From positions 160,001 through 224,000 of IMG/VR virus record IMGVR_UViG_3300028735_000004: a DNA stretch of 64,000 nucleotides, one strand, 5' to 3'. Position 1 is the stretch's first letter; each line of letters begins with the position of its first letter. The DNA comes from a virus (taxonomy: Duplodnaviria; Caudoviricetes). Below the pieces are notes generated by a model, which did no database searches, had not been told where the DNA came from, and was given only the letters and a program-made list of their open reading frames with translations. The position numbers and the translations under genes were made by a program. This document shows, piece after piece, positions 36,151 to 45,799 of the stretch.

Positions 36151-36831
36151 TCAAAACGATGATGAAGATGCGTCAAAATCAGCAAATTCATCATCATCTT
36201 CAAGAGATGCCGCTGATGAAGCGGTTAAGCCGGAAGATTTTTCACCTCCTTGTCCGGCTGATTTAGTGGTTAATCTTTCAAGTTTTTCGGCAACTTGAGA
36301 GAAAGATGGCGGTACTGTTCTCCTAACTAACTCTTCTGCATCAAAAGCATCTTTTAATTGTAATTCTGATGCATTAAGAGGTTTTTTAGGTTTGGCTACT
36401 ACGGTGTAATATCCAGTAGCACCACCGTTCGGATCTACCACTATATCTATATCATAGTTTAGTGGAGACCCCCAATCTTCATCATTAGCATACGCTTGAA
36501 TACCTTTTAAGACAGCAAAACTGAAATCTAAAATTTTTGAAGTTCCTGTTTTTTTGTCTATTACGCCAACATACCAGCGTTTTTTAGGTTTATCGCCTTT
36601 ATCACAAATAGGGCATCCTGTTCCAGATGGAGTTGAACAAGTAATTCTCTGTCCAAATTTATCTGTTGGATTAACCTTATATTTATGTTGATAGTATTGA
36701 TGAGGCATCGTTATTAATCTTACTACATTTGAACCTGGGCTCAATCTTAAAAACGCATCTCTATTATTTTTTTGGCTACTCTCTGTTGCACTATCCCAAC
36801 TTATTTCGCCTGTTTTTAATCCCATATGCAT
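36151..36831 (-). CDS. T4 gp32-like single-stranded DNA-binding protein
   Basis: FLRL..NVVRLI, C..CPIC Zn site, RWYVGVID and an acidic C-terminal tail EDDDEFADFD. Confidence 0.75.
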   Translation of the reverse strand: MHMGLKTGEISWDSATESSQKNNRDAFLRLSPGSNVVRLITMPHQYYQHKYKVNPTDKFGQRITCSTPSGTGCPICDKGDKPKKRWYVGVIDKKTGTSKILDFSFAVLKGIQAYANDEDWGSPLNYDIDIVVDPNGGATGYYTVVAKPKKPLNASELQLKDAFDAEELVRRTVPPSFSQVAEKLERLTTKSAGQGGEKSSGLTASSAASLEDDDEFADFDASSSSF

Positions 36832-36868
36832 AACTCCTTGAGCTTTATTTATAATTTATAATTATTTA

Positions 36869-37144
36869 TTATGATCGTTTAACAAATGATACTAAACGAT
36901 TTCTTGCGTGATCTGAGGTTCTTCTAAATTGAACTCTAACTCCTTCTTTACGAAGAGATGATAAAGTACGATTTACAACTCTGCGTAAATGACTTGGTGA
37001 GCCAGGCCATCCCGCAGGAACTGAACGACGGAGACCTTTTGTAATAGCTCTATCTAAATCAGTCATTGTACCTTCCCAAGTACCATTTCTGCGATCTAAA
37101 AGTGTTAAAATTCTTGTTTTTACTTCTTGTACTAATGTTTTCAT
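36869..37144 (-). CDS. Small basic winged-helix-like DNA/RNA-binding protein
   Basis: Arg-rich 91 aa, WEGTMTDL..WPGSPSHLRRVVNR; cgt-rich codons; GGAG SD. Confidence 0.6.
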   Translation of the reverse strand: MKTLVQEVKTRILTLLDRRNGTWEGTMTDLDRAITKGLRRSVPAGWPGSPSHLRRVVNRTLSSLRKEGVRVQFRRTSDHARNRLVSFVKRS

Positions 37145-37163
37145 TATTTTCTCCTATTATTAT

Positions 37164-37481
37164 TTATTTCGATTTGTAAATCAAATTTTTGATTTTGATT
37201 ACTCTCACCACAGGTACGAGCACTTCTATATATAACTCTCGTCCGACATCTTTGACAAGATCTAAATATTTTTTATTTATCTCATCCTCTGTTAAATCAC
37301 AATAAAATCCCACCACCTTAACAAATGATGCACCTTCGTCTAAGCGAGTGGCAATAAAATTTCTGTACTTTACTTTAACCGTTGGATCTTCAAAAACTAA
37401 TAGGTGTAAAGGTACTGTTTGTTTTTGAACATTATTTATTAATTTTGATACTGCACTAACTGCTAAATCTTTATCTGACAT
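37164..37481 (-). CDS. Hypothetical protein
   Basis: Likely start ATG 37481 (GGAG SD). Confidence 0.65.
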   Translation of the reverse strand: MSDKDLAVSAVSKLINNVQKQTVPLHLLVFEDPTVKVKYRNFIATRLDEGASFVKVVGFYCDLTEDEINKKYLDLVKDVGRELYIEVLVPVVRVIKIKNLIYKSK

Positions 37482-37499
37482 GTTAAACTCCAATTTTAT

Positions 37500-38471
37500 T
37501 TAATCTTCTTCACTGTCATTCCAACCTTGAATATCTTCCCTGCTTTTAACATCTTTGGCGGGATAAACACCATCCGCTGCAACAACGCCTTCTAATTCGT
37601 GCAAACTTTCTTCTGCATTAAATAAATGATTTTTCTTAACTTTACATCTAGTCAAAATACCATATTTATATTTATTCCCATTTTTAACTCTGGTCAAATC
37701 TTGTTTTCGAGTTAATTGAACTATAACTGATGATAAATATTCTAATTGAGATCCTCCTCGTTCAACCATACCTACGCTACCGATGTTCGCATAAGTTTGA
37801 TTAATTACTAAGGTTCCTATAGTATGTTCTCCAGTTTCTCTATTGGCATATTTATTGATTAATTTATTAAATTTCTTAACGGCCCAACCAATTTCTCGAG
37901 CATCTACGCCTGGTTGTTTCGAAAAATCTTCATCATCTTCGTGATTTTCACTTGAATTTATAGAACTTCCTACGCTATCCCAAACGATTAAAATTTTTTG
38001 TTTTGGGTATTGTTCTTTTACTGTATTTACTAAATGAGCAACTCCTTTAGCACCATCAACTATACTATTCGTATCAACAACTAATAATTGAGATGGATCT
38101 CCTCCCATTTTTTCAAATCTAAAATCGGAGAATTTACCTTCAGCATCCCAAAGCACAACTAACAAGCCTTGTTTTTGAGCATCTACCATAAATTGTAAAG
38201 CACAAGAGCTTTTACCACTATCCGGTTTTCCTGATATTTGAACAACTTTACCTAAAGGTAGTCCTTTTAAATTAGTTAAATCTTTCCAGAAAGAATTTTT
38301 AGACCAAACAACAAAATCTTCATCTGAATTTGGTCTTATAATGGAAGACCCGGTATTAAATCTGGCCGCGCCTTTTTCATTTTTGGGATAATTATCTTTT
38401 GCTAATTTTACTATTTTATCTAAATCAATCACGATTTTTTTCTTATCTTCTTTTGCAATTTCTTTATGCAT
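37500..38471 (-). CDS. recA: RecA/UvsX recombinase
   Basis: Walker A GKPDSGKS, DAE, VWDSV, INQ, GG..LEY. Likely start ATG 38471 with GGAG SD. Confidence 0.9.
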   Translation of the reverse strand: MHKEIAKEDKKKIVIDLDKIVKLAKDNYPKNEKGAARFNTGSSIIRPNSDEDFVVWSKNSFWKDLTNLKGLPLGKVVQISGKPDSGKSSCALQFMVDAQKQGLLVVLWDAEGKFSDFRFEKMGGDPSQLLVVDTNSIVDGAKGVAHLVNTVKEQYPKQKILIVWDSVGSSINSSENHEDDEDFSKQPGVDAREIGWAVKKFNKLINKYANRETGEHTIGTLVINQTYANIGSVGMVERGGSQLEYLSSVIVQLTRKQDLTRVKNGNKYKYGILTRCKVKKNHLFNAEESLHELEGVVAADGVYPAKDVKSREDIQGWNDSEED

Positions 38472-38473
38472 TT

Positions 38474-38896
38474 TTACTCCCACATATTTTTGCCTTTAGC
38501 TACATTTCTATAAAATAAATGACCATCTTTTATGGTACCTAATATATATCCCCATTTTTTCAATGATGATTCCGCCAACGCTGCTTCTTGTTCTGCTTTA
38601 ATCACATCAGGATCTTTTGCAATCATATGATTTAAAGAAGCTTCGGTCAATTTAGAACCTGCATTAGCATTCTTATAAAAAAAATATTTCTCCGCTTCAA
38701 CAACTTCTACATTTCTTCTTGCTTGTTTTGATTTTAACTCAAAATCGTGTAAAAGATCTGCCAGTTGCATTTGTACGCTAAGGAAGAGAGCAGCGGTTCG
38801 TTCAGCTTTTTCCTGATCGTATTTTGCCTCTTGTGCTGATTCCAATTCTTTTAGACACTTGTGAATTAATTCTTCTAATTCTTGTTCAGTTTTCAT
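38474..38896 (-). CDS. UvsY-like recombination mediator
   Basis: 140-aa all-helical protein adjacent to recA; AEKYFFYK...MIAKDPDVIK fits the UvsY pattern. Confidence 0.5.
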   Translation of the reverse strand: MKTEQELEELIHKCLKELESAQEAKYDQEKAERTAALFLSVQMQLADLLHDFELKSKQARRNVEVVEAEKYFFYKNANAGSKLTEASLNHMIAKDPDVIKAEQEAALAESSLKKWGYILGTIKDGHLFYRNVAKGKNMWE

Positions 38897-38914
38897 ATAT
38901 AAACCTCAAGCAAG

Positions 38915-38923
38915 AATATAACA
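38915..38923 (-). promoter_or_regulatory. Extended -10 sigma70-like promoter (TGTTATATT); related TGnTATATW/GTTATATT motifs recur
   Basis: Similar elements lie just upstream of starts near 11190, 24225, 29580, 35950, 39812, 55025, 57000 and 63975. Confidence 0.45.
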
Positions 38924-38953
38924 GGAGATATAAATAATATTTTTACTAATAAA

Positions 38954-39247
38954 TTATATTTTATTTAGCAATTTGCGCTCTAAATCATCTACTCTTTTAT
39001 ATAATACTCTCATATGTTGGTGCTGATAAATAGCAACAACGAACAAAAATACTTCCATACTTATATATTTATGAGAAGGTGGTTTAATAAATATTATTAA
39101 ACCATCATCATTTGTAATAAATAAATCTTTGAAAAGATCTTCACCCTTAAAATTTGCACGATCATAATTTTTACAAATATCAAGAAACATCTGATATTCA
39201 TCTTCAGTCATATCTACTTTTTGATTATTTATTATTTTGATAGACAT
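38954..39247 (-). CDS. Hypothetical protein
   Basis: 97-aa coupled ORF. Confidence 0.65.
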   Translation of the reverse strand: MSIKIINNQKVDMTEDEYQMFLDICKNYDRANFKGEDLFKDLFITNDDGLIIFIKPPSHKYISMEVFLFVVAIYQHQHMRVLYKRVDDLERKLLNKI

Positions 39248-39795
39248 TATTTTTTAAATTTAGGTAAGCTCATATCTCCGGGATGAAACTCTGTAAATAA
39301 ACTTTCAAGTTCAGATTTATCTACCCGAGCATCATTTATATTTAAGAAATCTTCATTCACATGATCTTCTACATTTAAATCTTCAGATTCTTGCTCAGCT
39401 ATCATTTTAGCTAAAGTTTCCATTTTATCAGGTTTAATTTTCATTTTATCTAAACCGGCTCTTTTTGCAAATGTAGTTAATTCTTTTTTAACTACTACTG
39501 GTTTTACTTTCACCTGAACATCTTCCGAAGTGTCATCTTGTTCTAACTCTTCTTTTCTGTAAAATTTAGAAACTGGCTCTGCATTACCAATTTTTAAAAC
39601 TTTAAAATTAGATAATAGCCAACAAGCAAGTCCTTCAGGATCGTTTGGCATTTTGCTCATAGCCTCTTTTAATTCCGTAAGTACTTGCCCAGTTTCTTCT
39701 GTATAAATTTTATCACCACATCCTGGACATATATTATTTCTAATTGCCGCTAAATACTGAGGCGGAATTTCTGCATTACAATTCATACATTTCAT
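39247..39795 (-). CDS. Hypothetical protein with N-terminal Zn ribbon
   Basis: CxxC...CPGC; GAGG SD. Confidence 0.7.
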   Translation of the reverse strand: MKCMNCNAEIPPQYLAAIRNNICPGCGDKIYTEETGQVLTELKEAMSKMPNDPEGLACWLLSNFKVLKIGNAEPVSKFYRKEELEQDDTSEDVQVKVKPVVVKKELTTFAKRAGLDKMKIKPDKMETLAKMIAEQESEDLNVEDHVNEDFLNINDARVDKSELESLFTEFHPGDMSLPKFKK

Positions 39796-39810
39796 AAAAA
39801 CCTCTGATGA

Positions 39811-42800
39811 TTATATATCATTATTTTCGTTATCTAAATCAATTAAACCTATATCAAATAATTCGTCTTCCAAATTTTCTATTAAATTATCTAAACTTGC
39901 ATCATCTTTTTTAATTTTAGATATTTTCATTTCTACTTGTTTAGATTTTAAATCTTTAGGTAAAGATGGTTTAGGAGAGATATCATATAATGTATCTAAA
40001 ATTAATCCGGTTTCTTCTTCATAAATATTTACCGTGGCGGAAAAATGAATAGATATACCTTCACTAAATGTATATTTATTTTTATATAAATCTCTAATTC
40101 TATTTTTAACTTCTTTTAATTTATCAGGAAAAATTGTTAAAGTAGCTACATTATTTTTTTCATCTTCAATTAAAACTTTTAACATAGGCTCTCCAAAAAA
40201 CTTACTGCCTTGTTTTTTTACTTTAAATTCAAAAATATCTTTAACTTCCGCTTTAATCGAAGGTATTTGGGTTTTGTTAGGCGCCTTATTAATAAATGAT
40301 AAATTTAAATATTTACCTGTCTTATAAAAACTGCCGAAAGCATCTGTTTTTGTATAAGAAAAACTTTCACCAAGATAATTCTTTTCCAAAGCAAAAATTT
40401 CAGATGGAGTCCATTCATTAACATCATTTGGCCAAGGATACTTAAATTCTTCAGTATCAGGATTATGAGATTTTAACCAATTTTGCATTTTTTTTCTGTA
40501 ATCAGAACAATACAAATAAATTGCTTTTCTTGATAAACCAAAGTCGTCTAAACATCCAGATGCGGCTAAAGCTTGAATAGCATTAGATCTTATTTTCGAA
40601 GAATCTATTCTATACATAAAATCAAAGAAATTTTTAAATGGTCTTTTTTCAACTAATTCCTTAACAGCATCATCTCCAACAAATTTTAAAGAATCTAATC
40701 CTGTTAATAAAGTATTATTATCTACCAATGTATAAACCATATCAGATTTATTAATGTCTGGAGGTAATATTTTTACTTTATATTTTCTTAATTCATTTTT
40801 AATGGCATCTATGTTCTTGGCAGCAACTTTTTTATTAACTGATTTAACTTCTGACATTAAATTTGCTAATAAAAACTCAATTGGATAATGAGCTTTTAAG
40901 TAGGCAGTGTGATATGAAATCATAGAATAAAGAACAGAGTGAGATAAATTAAAACCATAACCAGAAAATCCAGCGATAACATCATCCCAGATTTTTATTG
41001 CAATATTTTTTGGTATATTATTTTTAACCGCATCTTCTATAAATTCATCTCTCCACTGTAAAACTTTTTTTGGATTTTTGCCTTTTTCTTTAGTTAATTT
41101 TCTCAAACGATCTGCAGAGTGTAAATTCCATCCTGCAACATCTTGAGCCAAAAACATTAAGCTTTCTTCATATAATCCGAAACCATATGTAAAACCAAAT
41201 GCTCTTTTTAATGAAGGGTGCAACAATTCAACCGGTTTTTTACCTTCTTTAGTTTCGATAAATGATTGTCTAATATTTTTGGCTGCTGGACGAGCCAAAG
41301 AGTTAATGTGGCTTATATCATCAATAGATTTTGGTTTAACTTTTTTACAAAGATCCATTGTACCGGCGCTGGTTCCCAGCTGAAAAACGCATAAAGTTTC
41401 TCCTCTTGAAATTAAATCATATGTTGCTTTATCATCTAACGGTGGATCTAAGGGAGGAGTTTCATTTTTATATTTTTTTATTAAATCATATGTAGTGTTA
41501 ATAATATTTAATGTTTCTAAGCCAAGTGTATCAATCTTAACTAAACCATTTTCTTCTGCATCGATTTTATCAAACTGAATTGCAACAGATCCGTCCTTAT
41601 CTTTTCTAATCGGTACAATTTCGTGCAATGGTCTTTTAGAAACTATCAACCCAGCAGCGTGAGTTGCCCAAGCCCGATATTTACCATTAATTTTAGAAAA
41701 TCTCTTAATTTGAGGATATCTTTTTGCATATTCAGCGAATAAAGGAGCTTTTTCTAATAAAGATGAAATGTCATCTTCTTTCATTTCTTTAGGAATACTA
41801 TCAGCAATATCATTTCCTAATTTAACCGCATCTTGCCTGGACCCACCTAATTCACAAGCTCTTGAAACATCTCTTGCATATACTTTAGGGGTTATAGTAT
41901 TAATATTGGATACGTGAGCAACACATTCTTCACCGTATTTGTTTCTAATATAATTTTGAACCTTATCTCTTCCAACTGGATCGAAATCTAAATCGATATC
42001 GGGAAAACTTGTTTTCTCTTTATTATGAAATCTTGCGAAAATTAAATTATAAATAATGGGATCGGCTTTGTGAATTCCTAATAAATAAGCAACTAAAGAT
42101 CCTCCAACGCTATTATGAACAACTCCATTTATAGTTAAATAACTGTGATCTTTATCTACGGTAATATCGTATACAAATTGATCTTTACAAGATTTAATAT
42201 CATTAACTACACAATAATATCCATTATTAAATTGCCTATGAGCCAATTTAACTGTATTAAAATTAATAAATTTTATTGTATATGCAGGTGATGTAATCTT
42301 ACCATTTCTTTTAGGCTCTTTTTCAACATATACCGTTGCTTTAATATTCAATAAAGTTAATGCTTCTTTTATCTCTAAAGATAATCTTTGACTTGTCGTC
42401 TTAATAACAACATTATCATCAAATGCATAACCATCAGAATCAATTAGGCCTTGTAATAAAATCATTAATTGATTTTTACTTAATTTTCTAAAAAAATTAG
42501 GTAAATGTTTTGTTTGTGATGATCTTTGATAATCATTAAAAATTTTACGAAATAAATTAGATATTATTGAGCCAGAGACTGTTATTGAGGTGCAGTTATA
42601 CTTATCTGTTCTAATCCTCGGATTAAATCCCAATGACATCAAATATTTTTTGATTTTATTAATTCCATCGAGATCTTCTTTATGAAAAGCAATATTTATA
42701 CCATTGTTTCCACTTTGGTAGCTACCATCTCCAACCCATCTTCCTAATAAATAAAGAAAGTCATCATTTAATTTGATAAATCTATTTATTTCATAATTTG

Positions 42801-44646
42801 AATATTTAGGTTGTTTTCTCCATTTGGTAATAGAGATATTTTTAGTTGATAAATAACTATTTATTTTTTTATACTGTTCAGTTTTTGACGATAATTTATT
42901 ATGATATACTTTTCTTACCACCTCAAAAGATAATTGAGTATTATTGGATATTTCTCTAAAAGAAACTTGTTTATTTTTACTGGTATTAATGACAATAGTA
43001 TTTGATTTTACCTCATTTATTTTAGTAAACTTTGATAAATCAAATATTTTTTGATAATCTTTTTTACAATAATTTGGAAAAGTATGATAAATAAAATCTC
43101 CTTTACTCAAATCTTTAGCTCTTATCCAAGATGGCTCTGAATAAACAATTTTTGACAATTTAACTTTTTTAGTTTTATTACCATAATGATAATTTTTATA
43201 ATAATAGTCTTTAGTTTGCTTGCAAGCAAATACTTTATGATCGGAAGTCATTTTCAATGTTCCTAAAGAATTAGATATTTTAAACTCTAATAATTCTTCA
43301 TTAGAAACATCAAATTTAAAAGTATTTAATACTTTCTTTAGTTTTCCAGTATGTGTATATACGCTATCTCCTACTTCAATTTCCGATAGATTTTTATATC
43401 CACAAGAAGTTAATACTTGCGTATCTCCTGTTAGGCATCCTCTTCCTGGACCAACTAATACGCCATTATCTTTAGCCCAATTAACATAATCGGAAACCAT
43501 CAACATATAACTGGAAAAATCGTGATATTCTAAAACATCAAACTCTTCATCTAATCTTTCCAAATATTTTTTATGTTTATCCTTTGGTATTTTATTTACA
43601 AGTTCCTGCAAGCAAAGAAATCTTAAATAAGACTGATCTTCTGGAAGTTTTTGAATTTTATCATCTTGATTTTTCTTCCATTCTAAATATTCTGGATATT
43701 TTTTTTCATCTTTAATAGGAAAAATTGGAAGTTCTTTACCAGAAGGATTAGTAAATTTAGGATCTACCCAATCTGGATTTTCGCACATATTGGCAAAATC
43801 AACACTATTTTTACAAATTTCTTCAGCAAAATCTTCACCATAATTACGGGCAAAAAATGTTTTTACCTCTTCATAAGATTTTAAATAAAAATCTGGAACA
43901 TTATATCTTAACCTTGCATTAGAATAATATGGCTGCATAGATCCTATTGCGAGAAAAATATCGTGTACCTCAGCATCATTTTTTTCTAAATAATGAGCAT
44001 TACAAGTTGGAACAACTTTAATATTTATTTTTTTTGCCAATCTAATTGTATGATAATTAGTAAATATTTGATTTACTTGAGTGTAATAATAAGTTGCATT
44101 TCTATTCAAAGCATTAGGTTGAACCTCAGCTCCAAGGTTATCTCCGAATATAGATTTTAATCTAACTAAATCTTGTTCTGCTTGATCGAAATTTTTTAAA
44201 TTAATATTTTGACCGATTATACCTAAACCACAACCTGTTAAACAAATTAATCCTTCGCTATATTTTTCTAAAAATTCCCAATCGATTACTGGTATAATTT
44301 TTTTGGTTAATTTTATAGCGTAATCAAAACTTTGTTTAGTTAATAGCAATAAATTCTGATACCCTTTTAAATTTTTGGCTATTAAAACAATTGATCTTAA
44401 TTTTATATTATCATTAAGTAATGATATGCTTGGAACAAAATTAAATTCAGAACCTACTATAAGTTTAACTCCAGTATCTTTATATGCTTTATACGCTTCC
44501 CATACTCCCGCTAATGTTGAATGATCGGTAATTGCTATAGCGGATTGATTTAATTCTTTTGCTTTTAATAGAAGTTCTTGAGGAGTTGGTAAAGCATCAA
44601 GAATTGAAAAATGAGTTTGATTATGCAGGCTTATGAATTTATCCAT
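39811..44646 (-). CDS. dnaE: DNA polymerase III alpha subunit with intein
   Basis: PHP domain (LHNQTHFS, ITDH), GPGRG/S, FPDIDLD, KIDTLGL, GYGFNLSHS, HhH and OB domains. Confidence 0.95.
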   Translation of the reverse strand: MDKFISLHNQTHFSILDALPTPQELLLKAKELNQSAIAITDHSTLAGVWEAYKAYKDTGVKLIVGSEFNFVPSISLLNDNIKLRSIVLIAKNLKGYQNLLLLTKQSFDYAIKLTKKIIPVIDWEFLEKYSEGLICLTGCGLGIIGQNINLKNFDQAEQDLVRLKSIFGDNLGAEVQPNALNRNATYYYTQVNQIFTNYHTIRLAKKINIKVVPTCNAHYLEKNDAEVHDIFLAIGSMQPYYSNARLRYNVPDFYLKSYEEVKTFFARNYGEDFAEEICKNSVDFANMCENPDWVDPKFTNPSGKELPIFPIKDEKKYPEYLEWKKNQDDKIQKLPEDQSYLRFLCLQELVNKIPKDKHKKYLERLDEEFDVLEYHDFSSYMLMVSDYVNWAKDNGVLVGPGRGCLTGDTQVLTSCGYKNLSEIEVGDSVYTHTGKLKKVLNTFKFDVSNEELLEFKISNSLGTLKMTSDHKVFACKQTKDYYYKNYHYGNKTKKVKLSKIVYSEPSWIRAKDLSKGDFIYHTFPNYCKKDYQKIFDLSKFTKINEVKSNTIVINTSKNKQVSFREISNNTQLSFEVVRKVYHNKLSSKTEQYKKINSYLSTKNISITKWRKQPKYSNYEINRFIKLNDDFLYLLGRWVGDGSYQSGNNGINIAFHKEDLDGINKIKKYLMSLGFNPRIRTDKYNCTSITVSGSIISNLFRKIFNDYQRSSQTKHLPNFFRKLSKNQLMILLQGLIDSDGYAFDDNVVIKTTSQRLSLEIKEALTLLNIKATVYVEKEPKRNGKITSPAYTIKFINFNTVKLAHRQFNNGYYCVVNDIKSCKDQFVYDITVDKDHSYLTINGVVHNSVGGSLVAYLLGIHKADPIIYNLIFARFHNKEKTSFPDIDLDFDPVGRDKVQNYIRNKYGEECVAHVSNINTITPKVYARDVSRACELGGSRQDAVKLGNDIADSIPKEMKEDDISSLLEKAPLFAEYAKRYPQIKRFSKINGKYRAWATHAAGLIVSKRPLHEIVPIRKDKDGSVAIQFDKIDAEENGLVKIDTLGLETLNIINTTYDLIKKYKNETPPLDPPLDDKATYDLISRGETLCVFQLGTSAGTMDLCKKVKPKSIDDISHINSLARPAAKNIRQSFIETKEGKKPVELLHPSLKRAFGFTYGFGLYEESLMFLAQDVAGWNLHSADRLRKLTKEKGKNPKKVLQWRDEFIEDAVKNNIPKNIAIKIWDDVIAGFSGYGFNLSHSVLYSMISYHTAYLKAHYPIEFLLANLMSEVKSVNKKVAAKNIDAIKNELRKYKVKILPPDINKSDMVYTLVDNNTLLTGLDSLKFVGDDAVKELVEKRPFKNFFDFMYRIDSSKIRSNAIQALAASGCLDDFGLSRKAIYLYCSDYRKKMQNWLKSHNPDTEEFKYPWPNDVNEWTPSEIFALEKNYLGESFSYTKTDAFGSFYKTGKYLNLSFINKAPNKTQIPSIKAEVKDIFEFKVKKQGSKFFGEPMLKVLIEDEKNNVATLTIFPDKLKEVKNRIRDLYKNKYTFSEGISIHFSATVNIYEEETGLILDTLYDISPKPSLPKDLKSKQVEMKISKIKKDDASLDNLIENLEDELFDIGLIDLDNENNDI
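42112..43437 (-). mobile_element. Intein (442 aa) with LAGLIDADG homing endonuclease
   Basis: Begins CLTGDT after GPGRG and ends VHN before S(VGGSLVAY). Block B TSDHKV; LAGLIDADG motifs LLGRWVGDGS and LLQGLIDSDG. Confidence 0.95.
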
Positions 44647-45250
44647 TAATTTTACCGTATAAAGATTTTATTTTTTTAAACTTGTCTTTCCAAAATTCTT
44701 TTTCTTTAGATTTGTTGCACAATAAATATTTTATTTCATTATACTCTATATATTTTCTATTATAAAGAAAATGCGATAACAATTTAACCGTCTCCCAATG
44801 TTCAGTCAATATTTTTTTAGTTTCATCTTGCATTTCTTTTTTAAACGCAAATCTTTCTGGACCAGGATCTGCTAAACTGTATTTAGAAATTAAACCAGAT
44901 ATTATTTGAATATCATTAAAGGATCCTTCTTTTAAATGCATAGGAAATTTGTCAGATCCGCAAATATCTTTATAATAAATTTTCTCAGCAATTAATCCCG
45001 CATATAAAAACTGTATTTCTGATTTAACAAACTTTTTAACATTTCTGTCTTCTTTTAAATCATCTAAATCCAACAATTCATATACGGTTTCGTACCTTGT
45101 TTCGCCAAGATCACTTGCTATAGGAATAATAGAAGCGGACATTACTTTAATACAATTATGAATTGCACAAATTACATGTCCGCTTTCGTGATAACATAAC
45201 GCTATTATCCTATAATCATTTGCTTGTTTTTTATTTATACTGTTGGACAT
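44639..45250 (-). CDS. Stand-alone peptidase M41 (FtsH protease-domain-like)
   Basis: YHESGH (HExxH), YAGLIAE, SFND; no ATPase or transmembrane part. Confidence 0.75.
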   Translation of the reverse strand: MSNSINKKQANDYRIIALCYHESGHVICAIHNCIKVMSASIIPIASDLGETRYETVYELLDLDDLKEDRNVKKFVKSEIQFLYAGLIAEKIYYKDICGSDKFPMHLKEGSFNDIQIISGLISKYSLADPGPERFAFKKEMQDETKKILTEHWETVKLLSHFLYNRKYIEYNEIKYLLCNKSKEKEFWKDKFKKIKSLYGKING

Positions 45251-45515
45251 TACTAATAAATATTTTTTCTATACTATCTAACTCTTCATTACAAGAAGAA
45301 TTTTTACATTTTATTTGTAATTTATTAGATCCGAATGGGCAAATGGCAATTACTCCATTATTTTCTATATAAAAGAAACCTGATTTAATATATGAAGAAT
45401 TTGTGATATAATTATTATTAATAAAATAATCTATATATTCTTTTAATATTGGAAAATCAGTTTCTATATAGATATTTTTTTTACCGCAGCAGGCTTCTGA
45501 ACTAATTCTCTTCAC
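45231..45515 (-). CDS. Hypothetical protein
   Basis: 94-aa coupled ORF with Cys residues. Confidence 0.6.
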   Translation of the reverse strand: MKRISSEACCGKKNIYIETDFPILKEYIDYFINNNYITNSSYIKSGFFYIENNGVIAICPFGSNKLQIKCKNSSCNEELDSIEKIFISNVQQYK

Positions 45516-45799
45516 ATCTTAACTCCCCTACTTTCTAATACATACATACAATATTTAATTTTAGCATTAGCGGTAGCTTTGGCCTCTCTGTATGCTGCAC
45601 CAAGCTCTTTTAAACTTTCTCTTGCTGCTTTTAATTTTTCATCAGCTTCTTTCTCTTTATCAATTTCATAAATATGACCTTCTGATTCTAAGATTTTTTT
45701 CTTAATATCTTCGGTATCAGAGGCCATCATAGCGTCAGCAAAACCTTCTGGTAATTTTTTTAATACTTTATCACTAATCATTTTGTCCTCATTAATCAA
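45512..45799 (-). CDS. Hypothetical coiled-coil protein
   Basis: 95-aa coupled ORF. Confidence 0.65.
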   Translation of the reverse strand: MINEDKMISDKVLKKLPEGFADAMMASDTEDIKKKILESEGHIYEIDKEKEADEKLKAARESLKELGAAYREAKATANAKIKYCMYVLESRGVKM

